A stretch of 63,052 nt of DNA, the filler included, from Licmophora abbreviata (lineage: Eukaryota): the NCBI GenBank assembly GCA_900291995.1. It is 12 parts of 12 records of this genome, joined end to end, with 100 filler letters (N's around TTAATTAATTAA, not from the genome) between each part and the next. Parts side by side here need not be neighbours in the genome. Positions count along the whole stretch, not along the records: positions 52,459 to 54,426 come from OLMU01000982.1; positions 54,527 to 57,651 come from OLMU01000983.1; positions 57,752 to 58,765 come from OLMU01000984.1; positions 58,866 to 60,108 come from OLMU01000987.1; positions 60,209 to 63,052 come from OLMU01000993.1; 7 more parts are not named here. One strand, 5' to 3'. How positions within the stretch are numbered: the stretch's first letter is position 1; each line of letters starts with the position of its first letter. Below the pieces are notes generated by a model that did no database searches, was not told where the DNA came from, and saw nothing but the letters and a program-made list of their open reading frames with translations. The position numbers and the translations under genes are program-made. This document shows, piece after piece, positions 52,662 to 63,052 of the stretch.

Positions 52662-54247
52662 GCCGCCGGGTCCGGCAACTGACCACGGGCCAGAAGTTCG
52701 TCGCGGATCATTTTCTTGGTGATCTTGCCATAGGCCGATTTGGGCAATTCATCCCATATCACGACGTAGCGGGGCAGCTTGTAGCGGGCGACCTGCGGGG
52801 AAAGCCATGGCAATATGTCGTCTGGCGCTATTGTCGATTGCGGGTTCGGCACGCAAACAGCCATGCCCACCTCGCCCCAGACGGGATCGGGCACGCCCAG
52901 CACCGCGACTTCGGACAGGTCGGGGTGCAGAAGCAGTTTCTCTTCGATCTCGCGGGGATAGATGTTCGAGCCACCGGAGATATACATGTCCGAGGCCCGT
53001 CCGGTGAGATAGACGAACCCCTGCGCGTCCATGTGTCCGAGATCGCCGGTCAGGAACCAGCCGTCGCGGAAATTTTTCTCGTTGGCTGTCGGATTGTCGA
53101 AATATCCCGCGAACACGGCAGGACCGATCACCGCGATCTCGCCGGTTTCGCCAAAGGCGACCTCTTCGCCCTGCTGGTTCTGGATCTGCACCTGCATCCC
53201 GGTGCGCGCAAAGCCACAGGTGCCGATGCGCATCCTGTCATCATCGGCGTGATGATGCGCGGGCGGCAGGACAGTGATGTTCCCCGTGACTTCACCAAGG
53301 CCGAAATATTGCACCAGCACCGGCCCCAGCTTGTCCAGCGCACGGCGCTGATCGGCGCGATACATGGGCGCCCCCGCATAGATGACATAGCGCAGGCTTG
53401 AATGGTCGTGCTGATCAACACTCGGGTCCTCGACCAGCAGTTTCACGATCGTGGGCACGGTGAACATGTTGGTGACACGCCAGCGCGCGACCAGTGACCA
53501 TATCTGGTCAGGATCGAATTTCTCGCCTGCGGGCAGGATGGTTTTCACCCCATGCGCCACTTGCGCCAGTTGGTGAATGCCTGCGCCATGCGACAGGGGC
53601 GCCACAACGAGAGAGGCATCTTCGGGCCCTGTCGCCGGCATCAGATCGCACAGGTGGTTGGTGATCACAAAGGCCAGTTGGCCATGGGTAAGCACGGCGG
53701 CCTTGGGTTTGCCCGTTGTGCCGGAGGTGAAGAAGAACCACGCCGGGTCATCGCGCTGCACCGCCACGGCGGCTGGCGCCGCGCCGCTATGGCGGGCAAT
53801 CAGCGCCTCATAGTCCGGGCCGATGGAAATCGTCGCATCGACATGCGGCGCACAGGCGGCGGCGTGGTCGGGAAACTGCGCCCCGCAGAGCAAGAGCCTT
53901 GCACCGGACGAGCCGGCCAGCCAAGCCAGATCTTCGGGCGACAGGCGGAAATTGGCGGGCACCCAGACGGCGCCCACACGCCAGCAGGCGAACATCGCTT
54001 CGAACATCTGGTTGCAATTGGACGACTGCACCAGCACCCTGTCGCCCTTGGCGATACCGTACTCCTGAACCAGGGCATGTGCGAAGGCAGCGGCGCGGGC
54101 CTCGATCTCGGCCCAGCTCCAGGTTTGATCGCCCCAGACAAAGCCGGTATCATCCCCCAGTCGGCGCGCGCTTTCGGTCAGCAGGTGCGACAGGTTCATC
54201 ACCCGCGTGGAAAAGGGTGTGACCCCCTTCGACAGATCCATTCTCAT
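52658..54247 (-). CDS. Acyl-CoA synthetase (AMP-binding enzyme)
   Basis: FTSGTTGKPK, PLSHGAG, YFGLGE, TGDLG, ISGGSNIYPREIE and LPKSAYGK. Confidence 0.95.
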   Translation of the reverse strand: MRMDLSKGVTPFSTRVMNLSHLLTESARRLGDDTGFVWGDQTWSWAEIEARAAAFAHALVQEYGIAKGDRVLVQSSNCNQMFEAMFACWRVGAVWVPANFRLSPEDLAWLAGSSGARLLLCGAQFPDHAAACAPHVDATISIGPDYEALIARHSGAAPAAVAVQRDDPAWFFFTSGTTGKPKAAVLTHGQLAFVITNHLCDLMPATGPEDASLVVAPLSHGAGIHQLAQVAHGVKTILPAGEKFDPDQIWSLVARWRVTNMFTVPTIVKLLVEDPSVDQHDHSSLRYVIYAGAPMYRADQRRALDKLGPVLVQYFGLGEVTGNITVLPPAHHHADDDRMRIGTCGFARTGMQVQIQNQQGEEVAFGETGEIAVIGPAVFAGYFDNPTANEKNFRDGWFLTGDLGHMDAQGFVYLTGRASDMYISGGSNIYPREIEEKLLLHPDLSEVAVLGVPDPVWGEVGMAVCVPNPQSTIAPDDILPWLSPQVARYKLPRYVVIWDELPKSAYGKITKKMIRDELLARGQLPDPAA

Positions 54248-55317
54248 TTCACGCTTTCCAGAATTGACACGTAATTGGTCACGGCAGCACCGCCCATGTT
54301 GAAGACCCCCGCGAGCGTGGCACCGGGGACCTGCATCGCGTCGGCCTGATCGGCCAGTTGCATGGCCGCCATGACATGCATCGACACGCCCGTGGCCCCG
54401 ATGGGGTGGCCCTTGGATTTCAACCCNNNNNNNNNNNNNNNNNNNNNNNNNNNNNNNNNNNNNNNNNNNNTTAATTAATTAANNNNNNNNNNNNNNNNNN
54501 NNNNNNNNNNNNNNNNNNNNNNNNNNATGCGCGCGCCGCGAAACTCGAGCACGTCGCGGCGCGACAAGGCCATGATGTCATTGGCCTGCACCCGCGCCCG
54601 AAAGCCAATGGCGCGCGGCATGGTGGCGGCTGTCTCGGCATCGGCCAGCACGAGGACTGCCGCACCATCCGAGACAAGCGAGCAATCGGTGCGCCGCAAC
54701 GGACCCGCCACGCGGGGATTCTTGTCGGAGACGGTATTGCAGAACGCCTGCCCGAAATCCTTGCGCATGTGGGCGTAAGGGTTGGCCATGCCATTTGCGT
54801 GATTTTTGGCGGCGATCATCGCGAGCTCTTCCGAGCGGTCGCCGTAACGCTGAAAATAGCTGTGCGCGATTTGTCCGAACAGGCCGGCAAAGCCGCCGTC
54901 AACATCCGCTTCTTCGGCGCGGTAACTTGCCGACAACAGGATATCGCCCACCTCGGCGGTGGGGGTGGCGGTCATCTTCTCTGCGCCGACCACCAAGGCG
55001 ATGCGGCCGCGTCCTGCCTCGATGAAATCCATCGCGCCGAACAGTGCCGCCGATCCGGTGGCGCAGGCATTCTCGTAGCGGGTCGCCGGTGTGTGGTCGA
55101 GGCCATCGGTTCCCATGGCGACCAGGGCCGCTTGGAAATCCTGCTTGGAAAAGCCGTTGTTGAAGACGCCCACGAAAATGCCGTCGACATCCTGCGCGCC
55201 GATCTGCGCGTGCTCGAGGGCCTGAGACACGGCCTCGGCCATTAGGCTTTCGGTGTCGGGATGTTCGGATTTGCCAAAGGCCGTATGGCCCCAGCCGACG
55301 ATCTGCGCGCGTGTCAT
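54244..55317 (-). CDS. Thiolase-family protein (SCP-x/nsLTP-like), interrupted by an assembly gap
   Basis: ENACATGSAA, VGAEKM, KNHANG..NPYAH and DCSLVSDGAA. The fragment 54426-54244 reads GLKSKGHPIGATG...FNMGG...ILESVK*. Confidence 0.92.
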
Positions 55318-56150
55318 GGGTCGTTTCCTTTCTGTGGCTTGTCCTTGTCCCGACCTTGGGTCGGGGCCGTGGCAAGACGTGTTTCAATCAGCCGGGCCTC
55401 GGCTTGCAGCTTCTGGGCAAGCTCGGTGCGACGGGGTTCCTTCATCCGGCTTTCGATGGCAGCCAGGGAGACAGCGCCGATCAACTGGCCTTTCTGTCCC
55501 AGCAAGGCGACACCAAGGCCCCATGAATCCTCGAAGATCAAACCGGGATTCAAGGCCACGCCAGTCGCCCGCGTCTGCGCAAGATGGGCGCGCAGCGTTT
55601 CCACGGGGAGGTGGGGGTAGTTGCTGATAAGCTCGGCATGGTTGGAGGCCATCACCTCTTCGACCTCGGCATCGGGCAGCGCGGCCAGCATGGCCAGCGA
55701 GCCCGCTCCGACGCCCAGGGGATGATGCCCGCCGGGCATCAGGGCATAGGTGCGGATGGGATGGGTGCCTTCCTCGCGGTGCAGGCAGACCGAGTATCGC
55801 CCGCGCCGCACCGACAAAAAGGCGGTGTCGCCTGTGGTGCGCGCAAGCCGTTGCAGACTGTCGATGGTCTGAGACAGGAGCCCGTGGCGATCCTGTGCCA
55901 GAAGACCGAGGAGGTAGGCTTCTTCCCCAAGATGATAGGAGCGGCTGGTCTTGGACTGTTCGACCAGCCGCGCCCGCATGAGGGCCAGCACCAGCCGCCT
56001 GACCGTGGCCTTGTTCAGACCGGTCTCCGCGACAAGACCCGACAACGTGATGCCCATGGCAGAGTGCTGTCCGATCAGGGACAGCAGCGCCAGTGCCCGA
56101 TCCACGCTTTGAGCGCCACCAAGCGGAGAATCAAGTTTGTCATTTTTCAC
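55314..56150 (-). CDS. IclR family transcriptional regulator
   Basis: QSVDRALALL, TGLNKATVRRL HTH and PLGVGAGSLAMLA. Start uncertain (GTG 56150 or TTG 56162). Confidence 0.93.
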   Translation of the reverse strand: MKNDKLDSPLGGAQSVDRALALLSLIGQHSAMGITLSGLVAETGLNKATVRRLVLALMRARLVEQSKTSRSYHLGEEAYLLGLLAQDRHGLLSQTIDSLQRLARTTGDTAFLSVRRGRYSVCLHREEGTHPIRTYALMPGGHHPLGVGAGSLAMLAALPDAEVEEVMASNHAELISNYPHLPVETLRAHLAQTRATGVALNPGLIFEDSWGLGVALLGQKGQLIGAVSLAAIESRMKEPRRTELAQKLQAEARLIETRLATAPTQGRDKDKPQKGNDP

Positions 56151-56158
56151 AATATGAA
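56146..56158. promoter_or_regulatory. Possible IclR operator
   Basis: Near-palindrome TTCACAATATGAA overlapping the regulator start in the AT-rich divergent region. Confidence 0.4.
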
Positions 56159-56336
56159 CCAATAATGAGGGGGCTTTCTTGTTATAGTCCGCGTGTTTCC
56201 TGTTATTCTGATTTTATCCTGCGAGATTTGCAAGTTTTTGTTGCAATTCGGAAAGACGAAGGTCCACTATTTGGTCAGCCCGGCGACGGCGTGAGGACGG
56301 CATCGCTGAGCGAAGGATAGTCCCAGGGAGGAACGA

Positions 56337-57341
56337 ATGAAGTTTTTCAACATCACAAGCGCGGCGCTGGCGGCAAGCCTTGCGGTCGCACTGAATATCG
56401 GTGCGGCAGGCGCGCAGGAACTGCGGCTGTCGCACAACACGGGCGACGCGACGACTTGGCACAAGGGCGCCGAGCGTTTTGCCGAGCTTCTGGCCGAACG
56501 CTCGGGCGGCGATGTGACGGTGCGCGTGTTCCCCAACGCGCAGCTTTCGGGCGGTGATCAGATGCGTCAGGCCGAAATGGTCGGGCGCGGCGCGCTGGAT
56601 CTGGTGGTGACATCGGCGATCAACGTGACCCCGCTGGTGCCCGAGATGGCGGTGTTCTCGCTGCCCTATCTCTATTCCAGCTACGAGCAGGTCGATGCGA
56701 CCACGCAAGGCGCGCCCGGACAGATCTTGTCCGATATCCTGCTGGAAAAAGGCATTGTCGTTCTGGCGTGGGGTGAGAACGGTTTCCGCGAAGTGACCAA
56801 CAACATTCGCCCGATCCGCTCTCCCGAGGATATGCGCGGTCTGAACATGCGCGTGGCTGGTCCGATGTATATCGACGTCATGAACGCGCTGGGCGCCAAC
56901 CCTCAGCAGATGCAGTGGGGCGAGACGATGTCGGCGCTTCAGCAAGGCGTTGTGGACGGACAGGAAAACCCCATTGGTGCCGTGATCATTCCGCAGCAAG
57001 TCTATGAGGTGCAGAAATACCTGACCGCGTGGCACTATTCCTATGACCCGATTTTCCTTGGCGTGTCCAAGGAGGTCTGGGACACATTCGATGCTGACAA
57101 GCAAACGATGCTCCGCGACGCGGCACAGGAGGCGATGGCGTACCAGCGCCAGATCACCCGCGAGGACACGACAAAGGGAATCGACTTCCTGCGCGAAAAG
57201 GGCATGGAGGTCTATGAGCCGAGCGCCGATGAGCTGGCAGCCTTCCGCACGGCCACACAGCCCGCCTTTGACCAGTGGGCCGCGAAAGTGGGTCCCGAAA
57301 TCGTGGGTGCGTTCCAGGACGCCATCGCGGCCGCCAACTGA
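56337..57341 (+). CDS. TRAP substrate-binding protein (DctP family)
   Basis: Signal peptide, VFPNAQL, WGENGFR, GLNMRV and ALQQGVVDGQENP; GGAGGA RBS. Confidence 0.95.
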   Translation: MKFFNITSAALAASLAVALNIGAAGAQELRLSHNTGDATTWHKGAERFAELLAERSGGDVTVRVFPNAQLSGGDQMRQAEMVGRGALDLVVTSAINVTPLVPEMAVFSLPYLYSSYEQVDATTQGAPGQILSDILLEKGIVVLAWGENGFREVTNNIRPIRSPEDMRGLNMRVAGPMYIDVMNALGANPQQMQWGETMSALQQGVVDGQENPIGAVIIPQQVYEVQKYLTAWHYSYDPIFLGVSKEVWDTFDADKQTMLRDAAQEAMAYQRQITREDTTKGIDFLREKGMEVYEPSADELAAFRTATQPAFDQWAAKVGPEIVGAFQDAIAAAN

Positions 57342-57407
57342 GGCGTGACCTAGCCGCCCGTGGCCACCGGACAGGGCCACGGGCTTTTGCCGTCAGGGTT
57401 CGGATTT

Positions 57408-57964
57408 ATGATACGCCTTCTGTTGCGCGACTTTGAAAAGATCGTCTGCGCCATCCTGTTTCTCGCGATGACGAGCATCGGCTTTGTGAATGTCGTGGTT
57501 CGCTATGGCACCAACTTCTCTTTTGCCGCGAACGAAGAACTGCTGGTCAATGGCTTTCTGCTGCTGACGGTGTTCGGTGCCGCCATCGCCGCCCGGCGCG
57601 GAGAGCATCTGGCCGTGACCATGGTGCATGACTTGTTGCCGCGTTGGCTATNNNNNNNNNNNNNNNNNNNNNNNNNNNNNNNNNNNNNNNNNNNNTTAAT
57701 TAATTAANNNNNNNNNNNNNNNNNNNNNNNNNNNNNNNNNNNNNNNNNNNNCTGGCCTTTTCGGCCTGGTTTTCCTGGGAAGCGATGATGAATATCAAGC
57801 GGGTCGGCATGCGCTCTTATGGTCTGGGTCTGCCTGCGTGGTATTATCAGGCCGCCCTGCCCTTCGGGTTCGCGCTGATCATCCTGCGCTATGTGCAACA
57901 TGCCTGGACAGTCCTGCGCGCGGGGCCGAATGCCAAAGCGGTGACCGGGGGCGATCATGTTTGA
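57408..57964 (+). CDS. TRAP small permease (DctQ family), interrupted by a gap
   Basis: NVVVRY...EEL...GEHL before the gap; the frame after the gap (57752-57964) reads LGLPAWYYQAALPFG and ends in TGA overlapping dctM. Confidence 0.88.
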
Positions 57965-58765
57965 GCTGCTCGGCATCTCATCCGCCGGAACGCAGATGAT
58001 CATCGTCTTTTTCCTGCTGCTGGCGCTGCGGGTGCCGGTGGCCTTTGCGCTTGGTCTGTCGGCGCTTTATGCGATGTGGATGATTGGCTTCGGCCTCGAG
58101 CTGGCCGGAGATCTGATCGCGACGGGCATCACCAAATTCTCGCTTCTGGCCATTCCGTTCTTCATTCTGGCGGGCACCTTGATGGGCAGTCTTGGCATTG
58201 CCGAACGGATGATCCGTTTTTTCCGGGTCGCCGTGGGCGATCTTCCGGGGGGCATGGGCACGGTGGGCACCATCGTCTGCCTGTTCTGGGGCGCGGTGAG
58301 CGGATCCGGCCCGGCATCCGTCGCGGCCATCGGCCCGATGATCGTGAAGGGCATGGAGGAGGACGGCTATGACCGCGCCTTCGCGGCCGGACTGGTGGTG
58401 ACAGGCGCGGCCTTTTCGATCGTGATCCCGCCGTCCATCGGGCTGGTGATTTATGGCGTCATCGCCGAAACCTCGATCTCGCAACTGTTCATTGCAGCCA
58501 TCGTGCCGGGTATTTTCATGGCCCTGATGATGATCCTCGTGCTGCCGTTCACGCAGCGCCGCACCGCGGGGGATCGAGCGCCCGGCGGTGGCACCAATGC
58601 CTTGCAAGCCCTCAGCCCGCACCCCTTTGCCGATGTGCCACGCAGAGTGGCCCTGTGGCGGTCCTTCCGGGAGAGCTTCTGGGGGTTGATGACACCGGTG
58701 GTCATTCTGGGCGGTATCTATTCCGGTATTTTCACCCCGACCGAGGCCGCCATTGTCGCCACTGT
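57957..58765 (+). CDS. TRAP large permease (DctM family), 5' part
   Basis: LLAIPFFILAG, GAVSGS, IPPS and GGIYSGIFTPTEAA. Confidence 0.93.
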
Positions 58766-58865
58766 NNNNNNNNNNNNNNNNNNNNNNNNNNNNNNNNNNN
58801 NNNNNNNNNTTAATTAATTAANNNNNNNNNNNNNNNNNNNNNNNNNNNNNNNNNNNNNNNNNNNN

Positions 58866-59078
58866 CCTTGGCATCGTGTTGGACACGATCTGGTTTTCGA
58901 CGGAGCGGAACAGCATGTCCGCAATGGGCGCGATGAATGTCACGAGAACAAAGATCAGCAGCGGCGCGATCAGCGCGAGCGCCCTGAGTTTCTGAGCGCG
59001 GAGGGCCTTGTTCAGACTGCGCTTCAGAGGTTTACCGTCCGCGGACAGTACCGGGCCGGTATCGGTTGTAACACTCAT
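58866..59078 (-). CDS. ABC transporter permease (polyamine/PotB-like), 5' part
   Basis: LIAPLLIFVLVTFIAPI..ML.RSV; directly downstream of a PotD-like binding protein. Confidence 0.8.
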
Positions 59079-59106
59079 CTTGTCCCCGTCGGTCGCTTTT
59101 TTTGTG

Positions 59107-59130
59107 GAGGGGGCCGGGTGCGGCCCCCTC
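59107..59130. other. Intercistronic hairpin between the binding-protein and permease genes
   Basis: GAGGGGGCCG-GGTG-CGGCCCCCTC; no U-tract follows in the direction of transcription. Confidence 0.6.
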
Positions 59131-59154
59131 GGATCATATGCTCAGGAACAGAGC

Positions 59155-60108
59155 TTACTGTACCAGCCACGCCTGGAACTTGGCGTCCAGATCGTCGCGG
59201 TTGTCGGCCCACCACTCGTAGTCATAGATGTGGATGTTGCCTGCATTGGCCGGGTCGGTCGGCATATGCGGCGCCATGTCGATGCCGAGCGTGGCATGCT
59301 GACCAACCAGTGGAGCCGAAGAGGCACGGGCCGGGCCATACGAGATGTACTTGGCCTGATCCGCCAGACGCTGCGTGTCGGTGGCGAAACGGAGGAAGTC
59401 GAGCACACGTGCCAGACGATCTTCCGGGAGACCGGTCGGAATGATCCAGCCGTCAAGGTCGAACGACTGCATGTCCCACAGCATCTCGATCGGCTGGTCC
59501 TGCTCGGCGATGGCCGAGAACAGACGACCGTTGAAGGTCGAGCCCATGAAGACCTCGCCATCGGCCAGAAGCTGCGGGGTTTCCGCGCCGGCCGACCACC
59601 AGACCACCTGATCCTTGATCGTGCCGAGCTTGGCAAGGGCGCGATCCACGCCTTCGTCGGTGCTCAGAACGTCATAGATATCGTCCTTTTCGACGCCATC
59701 GCAGTACAGAGCCCATTCCATGTTGTCGATCGGACGCTTCTGCAGCGAACGCTTGCCGGGATAGGTTTCCAGGTCAAACACGTCGCAAACGCTGCTCGGC
59801 GGCTCGGTCCCGGCGGGAACGAGGTCGGTCCGGTAGCCGAATGTCGTCGAGTAGACGATCTGCGGAATGAAGCAATCGCTGACGATCAGGTCACCGAAGT
59901 CTTCGGATGCCGGAGTGCCATCGGGCGCCGGGGCGAGAAGCTCGTCATGGTCGATTTCCATGGCCAGACCTTCGTCGCAGAGGCGCATCGCGTCAGAGGC
60001 AACGACGTCCACCAGATCCCAGGTGATGTTGCCGGCTTCGTTCATGGCGCGCAGTTTGGCCACGGCTCCGGCCGAGCTTTCATCCCAGGTGGCTGTGACG
60101 CCGCTGTT
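59155..60108 (-). CDS. Extracellular solute-binding protein (polyamine/PotD-like ABC), 3' part
   Basis: ITWDLVDV, FDLETYPGKRSL, WWSAGAETPQLLADGE and ISYGP. Confidence 0.88.
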   Translation of the reverse strand, partial: NSGVTATWDESSAGAVAKLRAMNEAGNITWDLVDVVASDAMRLCDEGLAMEIDHDELLAPAPDGTPASEDFGDLIVSDCFIPQIVYSTTFGYRTDLVPAGTEPPSSVCDVFDLETYPGKRSLQKRPIDNMEWALYCDGVEKDDIYDVLSTDEGVDRALAKLGTIKDQVVWWSAGAETPQLLADGEVFMGSTFNGRLFSAIAEQDQPIEMLWDMQSFDLDGWIIPTGLPEDRLARVLDFLRFATDTQRLADQAKYISYGPARASSAPLVGQHATLGIDMAPHMPTDPANAGNIHIYDYEWWADNRDDLDAKFQAWLVQ

Positions 60109-60208
60109 NNNNNNNNNNNNNNNNNNNNNNNNNNNNNNNNNNNNNNNNNNNNTTAATTAATTAANNNNNNNNNNNNNNNNNNNNNNNNNNNNNNNNNNNN
60201 NNNNNNNN

Positions 60209-60649
60209 GCCGCTCAGGGTGCTCAGGCGCGGCGACAGCACGATCAGCACCCCGACCAGCCCGAGCGCCACCGCGCTGATGCGGAACACGCCGACCTTCT
60301 CATCGAGGAACATGGCAGCGAACACCACCGTCAGCAGCGGCGCGGTATAGCCAAGGGCGGTGACTACGGGCAGGGGCAACAGGCCCAGGCCTGCGAACAT
60401 GAGGCCCATGGCGGTGGTGCCCACGACACCGCGCCAGAAATGGCCCATGCGCGACTGCACGCGCAGCCCGGTGCGCAGATCGCCACGCAAGGCAAGCCAG
60501 CCCAGAATGACGGGAATGGCGAAGAACGAGCGAAAGAACACAGCCTGACCGGGCGGTACGTGATCGGACGCGGCCTTGATCAGGGCCGACATCACCACGA
60601 ACAGCATGACGGAACACAGTTTCAGGGCGATGCCCTTGAACGGACTCAT
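60209..60649 (-). CDS. DMT/EamA family transporter, 5' part
   Basis: GIALKL...IK...VFFRS and LGYTAPL...FLDEKVG..R. Confidence 0.88.
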
Positions 60650-60785
60650 TGCCGCGCCTCCCTCTCCCCTTATCCATGGGCGGCGGCGCGGCCAAGGTCA
60701 ATTCCCGGCGATCGCACAAAGGCGAAAGGCCGGGTTTCGCATGGTGCATATCAGGCTCTGTTCAAGCCCGAAATGGCCCCCGGGA

Positions 60786-61298
60786 TCAGGCGGATTTGCG
60801 GGGCTTGGTGCGGGAAATGATCCAGTCGGGACGCGGAAAATGGCAGGTATAGCCATTCGGGAACCGCTGGAGATAATCCTGATGTTCCGGCTCCGCCTCC
60901 CAAAAATCGCCGACCGGTTCCACTTCGGTGACCACCTTGCCGGGCCAGTTGCGCGACGCCTCGACATCGGCGATGGTGCGCAGCGCCTCGTCTTTCTGGG
61001 CGTCGTTCACATAATAGATCGCCGAGCGATAGCTCATCCCAAGATCGTTGCCCTGCCGGTTCGGCGTGGTCGGATCGTGGATCTGAAAGAAGAACTCCAG
61101 CAGGTGGCGATAGGTGATGCGGGCCGGGTCGAAGATGATCTCGATCCCTTCAGCATGGGTGCCATGGTTGCGATAGGTCGCATTGGGCACATCCCCGCCG
61201 GTATAGCCGACACGGGTGCTGATCACCCCGTCCAGTTTGCGGATGAGATCCTGCATCCCCCAAAAGCAGCCCCCCGCCAGTACAGCGCGTTCCGTCAT
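60786..61298 (-). CDS. msrA: Peptide methionine (S)-sulfoxide reductase
   Basis: AGGCFWG, VGYTGG, HDPT..NRQGND.G.YRSAI and AEPEHQDYL. Confidence 0.97.
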   Translation of the reverse strand: MTERAVLAGGCFWGMQDLIRKLDGVISTRVGYTGGDVPNATYRNHGTHAEGIEIIFDPARITYRHLLEFFFQIHDPTTPNRQGNDLGMSYRSAIYYVNDAQKDEALRTIADVEASRNWPGKVVTEVEPVGDFWEAEPEHQDYLQRFPNGYTCHFPRPDWIISRTKPRKSA

Positions 61299-61744
61299 GT
61301 CACGTCCTCCACTTGATCCAGATAATCGCCATAGCCTTCGGCCTCCATGTCATCGCGGTGGATGAACCGGAGGCTGGCCGAATTGATGCAATACCGCAAG
61401 CCGCCCCGATCACGCGGACCATCCGGAAATACATGGCCCAGATGGCTGTCGCCATGCGCGCTGCGCACTTCGGTGCGGACCATCCCGTGGCTCACATCGC
61501 GCAGTTCGGTCACATGCGCAGGCGCGATCGGCTTGGTAAAGCTGGGCCATCCGCAGCCGGACTCGTATTTGTCAGCCGAGGCGAACAGCGGTTCGCCCGA
61601 CACGATATCGACATAGAGCCCCGGCTCCTTGTTGGAGAGATACTTGCCGGTGCCGGGACGCTCGGTGCCGTTTTCCTGCGTGACCCAGAACTGCTCGGGG
61701 TCAAGGGCGGCGATGGCGTCGGGATCCTTTCGGTATCGGCTCAT
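61295..61744 (-). CDS. msrB: Peptide methionine (R)-sulfoxide reductase
   Basis: [29 protein letters not shown] and RYCINS. Confidence 0.97.
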   Translation of the reverse strand: MSRYRKDPDAIAALDPEQFWVTQENGTERPGTGKYLSNKEPGLYVDIVSGEPLFASADKYESGCGWPSFTKPIAPAHVTELRDVSHGMVRTEVRSAHGDSHLGHVFPDGPRDRGGLRYCINSASLRFIHRDDMEAEGYGDYLDQVEDVT

Positions 61745-61901
61745 GCGTCGGTCTCCGGTTGTTTGGCGCTTGGCTATTACATGGGTGCGGCTGGCGGGTT
61801 TTCAAAATCAAATCTTCGCAAGCAGCCCAATCCGGCGGCAAGACCGCGCGCGATCCCGCTCAAGTGACCAAGATTTGAGCAGCAGCGCATCCACGACACT
61901 C

Positions 61902-63052
61902 TCAGGCGGCGACCCTGGGCCGCCCTGTCGCCTCGACGGTGATCTCGGCCTCCAGAAACACCTCGCGCCCCTCAGCTTGCGCGGTGCGCAACGCGCGGCT
62001 GGCCTGCACATGGATATCCTCGGCCCCCGCCGCATCCGCCTGCTTGCGCGCCTCAAGCTCAAGCGCCGCCTGCAAGGCCGTCATCGCGGCCTCGGCCTCG
62101 GTGTGATCCTCGGGTCCAGTGTCAAGATGCACCCGGAACTTGCCCTCGGCGGGCGAGGTGACGGTCCCGCTCCGCCGGATCGTGACCCGGCCCACGACGG
62201 CACCGATGGCATTGGCCACACCGGCATGATCCGGCAGGATCATCCGGCAGCCAAGGCGCTTGCCCACATCGGGATAATAGCTGGGCGCCGAGGCCCCCAA
62301 GCCCACAACCGGCACGTTCAACCCGGTCTCGAGCCGCACCAAGCCCTTATGCCCGGCCAGACCGCGCTGCATCAGCACATGCCGGGCCAAAAGATCGGGG
62401 GCCAGTTCGAATGGCGTCTCTTCCTCGGCAAAAGCAGTCTCCAACAAGGCCAGACTTGTCTGATGGGTCAGCTGATCCACGATCAATTGCGCAAAAGCGA
62501 CCGGATCGGGACAGAGCATGGTGCCGCTGCCGGTCCGCTTGCGGCCCAACAGCTGCAACGCCTTTGTCGCGGCATTTGCGTCCCATTCGGTCAAGCGGCC
62601 AAGCACATGGCTTGCGTCCGATGGCGTGACCCCGGCCACCTGCACCAACCCCCGCGCCACCAGACGGCGCAGCGCCTGCCCTTCCAGCCGGGTTTTGAGC
62701 ACTGCGCCAAGCGGGTGCACTGTGGCACCGATCCGGCTCAAAAGCGTCTCTTCGCGCTCAGACAGGCCGCTGGCGTCGATACCGGTGACAGCACGGACAA
62801 ACCGCGCGTCATGCTCACCTGGCACCGCGCGGCGCAGCTGGTCGTCGAGCGCGTCATGCACCGGACCAGGCGATTCGAACGCCATCAAGCTGACCGGAAT
62901 CAGGCGTTGAGGGCCTAGCCGGATGCCGCCTTGCAAGCCTTCATCTTCCACATGCACTTCGCTGTCACCGCCCAAGCCGGTTGTGCGCATCGCCACGGCC
63001 TCGACCATGGTGCGCCACGGGCCCACCTGCGCGCCCGCCGGATCGATCATCG
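61902..63052 (-). CDS. Hydantoinase/oxoprolinase family protein, 3' part (runs off the window)
   Basis: RTTGLGGDS, TPSDASHVLG, VVGLGA and HAGVANAIGA. Confidence 0.85.
   Translation of the reverse strand, partial: MIDPAGAQVGPWRTMVEAVAMRTTGLGGDSEVHVEDEGLQGGIRLGPQRLIPVSLMAFESPGPVHDALDDQLRRAVPGEHDARFVRAVTGIDASGLSEREETLLSRIGATVHPLGAVLKTRLEGQALRRLVARGLVQVAGVTPSDASHVLGRLTEWDANAATKALQLLGRKRTGSGTMLCPDPVAFAQLIVDQLTHQTSLALLETAFAEEETPFELAPDLLARHVLMQRGLAGHKGLVRLETGLNVPVVGLGASAPSYYPDVGKRLGCRMILPDHAGVANAIGAVVGRVTIRRSGTVTSPAEGKFRVHLDTGPEDHTEAEAAMTALQAALELEARKQADAAGAEDIHVQASRALRTAQAEGREVFLEAEITVEATGRPRVAA

Noticed and set aside
59097..59130. Intrinsic terminator after the solute-binding protein gene
   Set aside because: In the transcribed direction the hairpin is followed by an A-run, not a U-run.

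Overview
This window is not one contiguous locus. It is a concatenation of contigs joined by eleven identical artificial 100-nt linkers (44 N + TTAATTAATTAA + 44 N), and it holds DNA from two organisms. Bases 1-20808 are eukaryotic nuclear DNA of moderate GC, with GT-AG introns and bipartite signal/transit presequences that point to a diatom or related ochrophyte. Genes there include a D27-like carotenoid isomerase, two RING proteins, a plastid-type NAD kinase with a 14-nt micro-exon, an F-box-like protein, a bacterial-type asparagine synthetase A, holocytochrome c synthase, a DUF4336 protein, and a double-HSF transcription factor with an N-terminal Lin0512-like domain. Bases 20909-63052 are GC-rich alphaproteobacterial DNA (Rhodobacterales/Roseobacter-like). 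They carry hutF/hutI/hutH with a HutC-type operator, three TRAP systems, amn, HU, aroC, ald with an Lrp regulator, a GMC oxidoreductase, rpsO-bciA-pnp, an HcnABC/Oox-like oxidase cluster with RidA, an IclR-thiolase-acyl-CoA ligase-DUF296 cluster, msrB/msrA and a hydantoinase-like gene. I found no CRISPR array, transposase, phage, rRNA or tRNA, and I cannot show a new system from sequence alone. The best leads are the Lin0512-HSF-HSF fusion, algal AsnA, a candidate sRNA downstream of pnp, two orphan TRAP-linked catabolic clusters, and a palindromic element inside a probable hutG start. All family assignments come from motif recognition by eye, not database searches.
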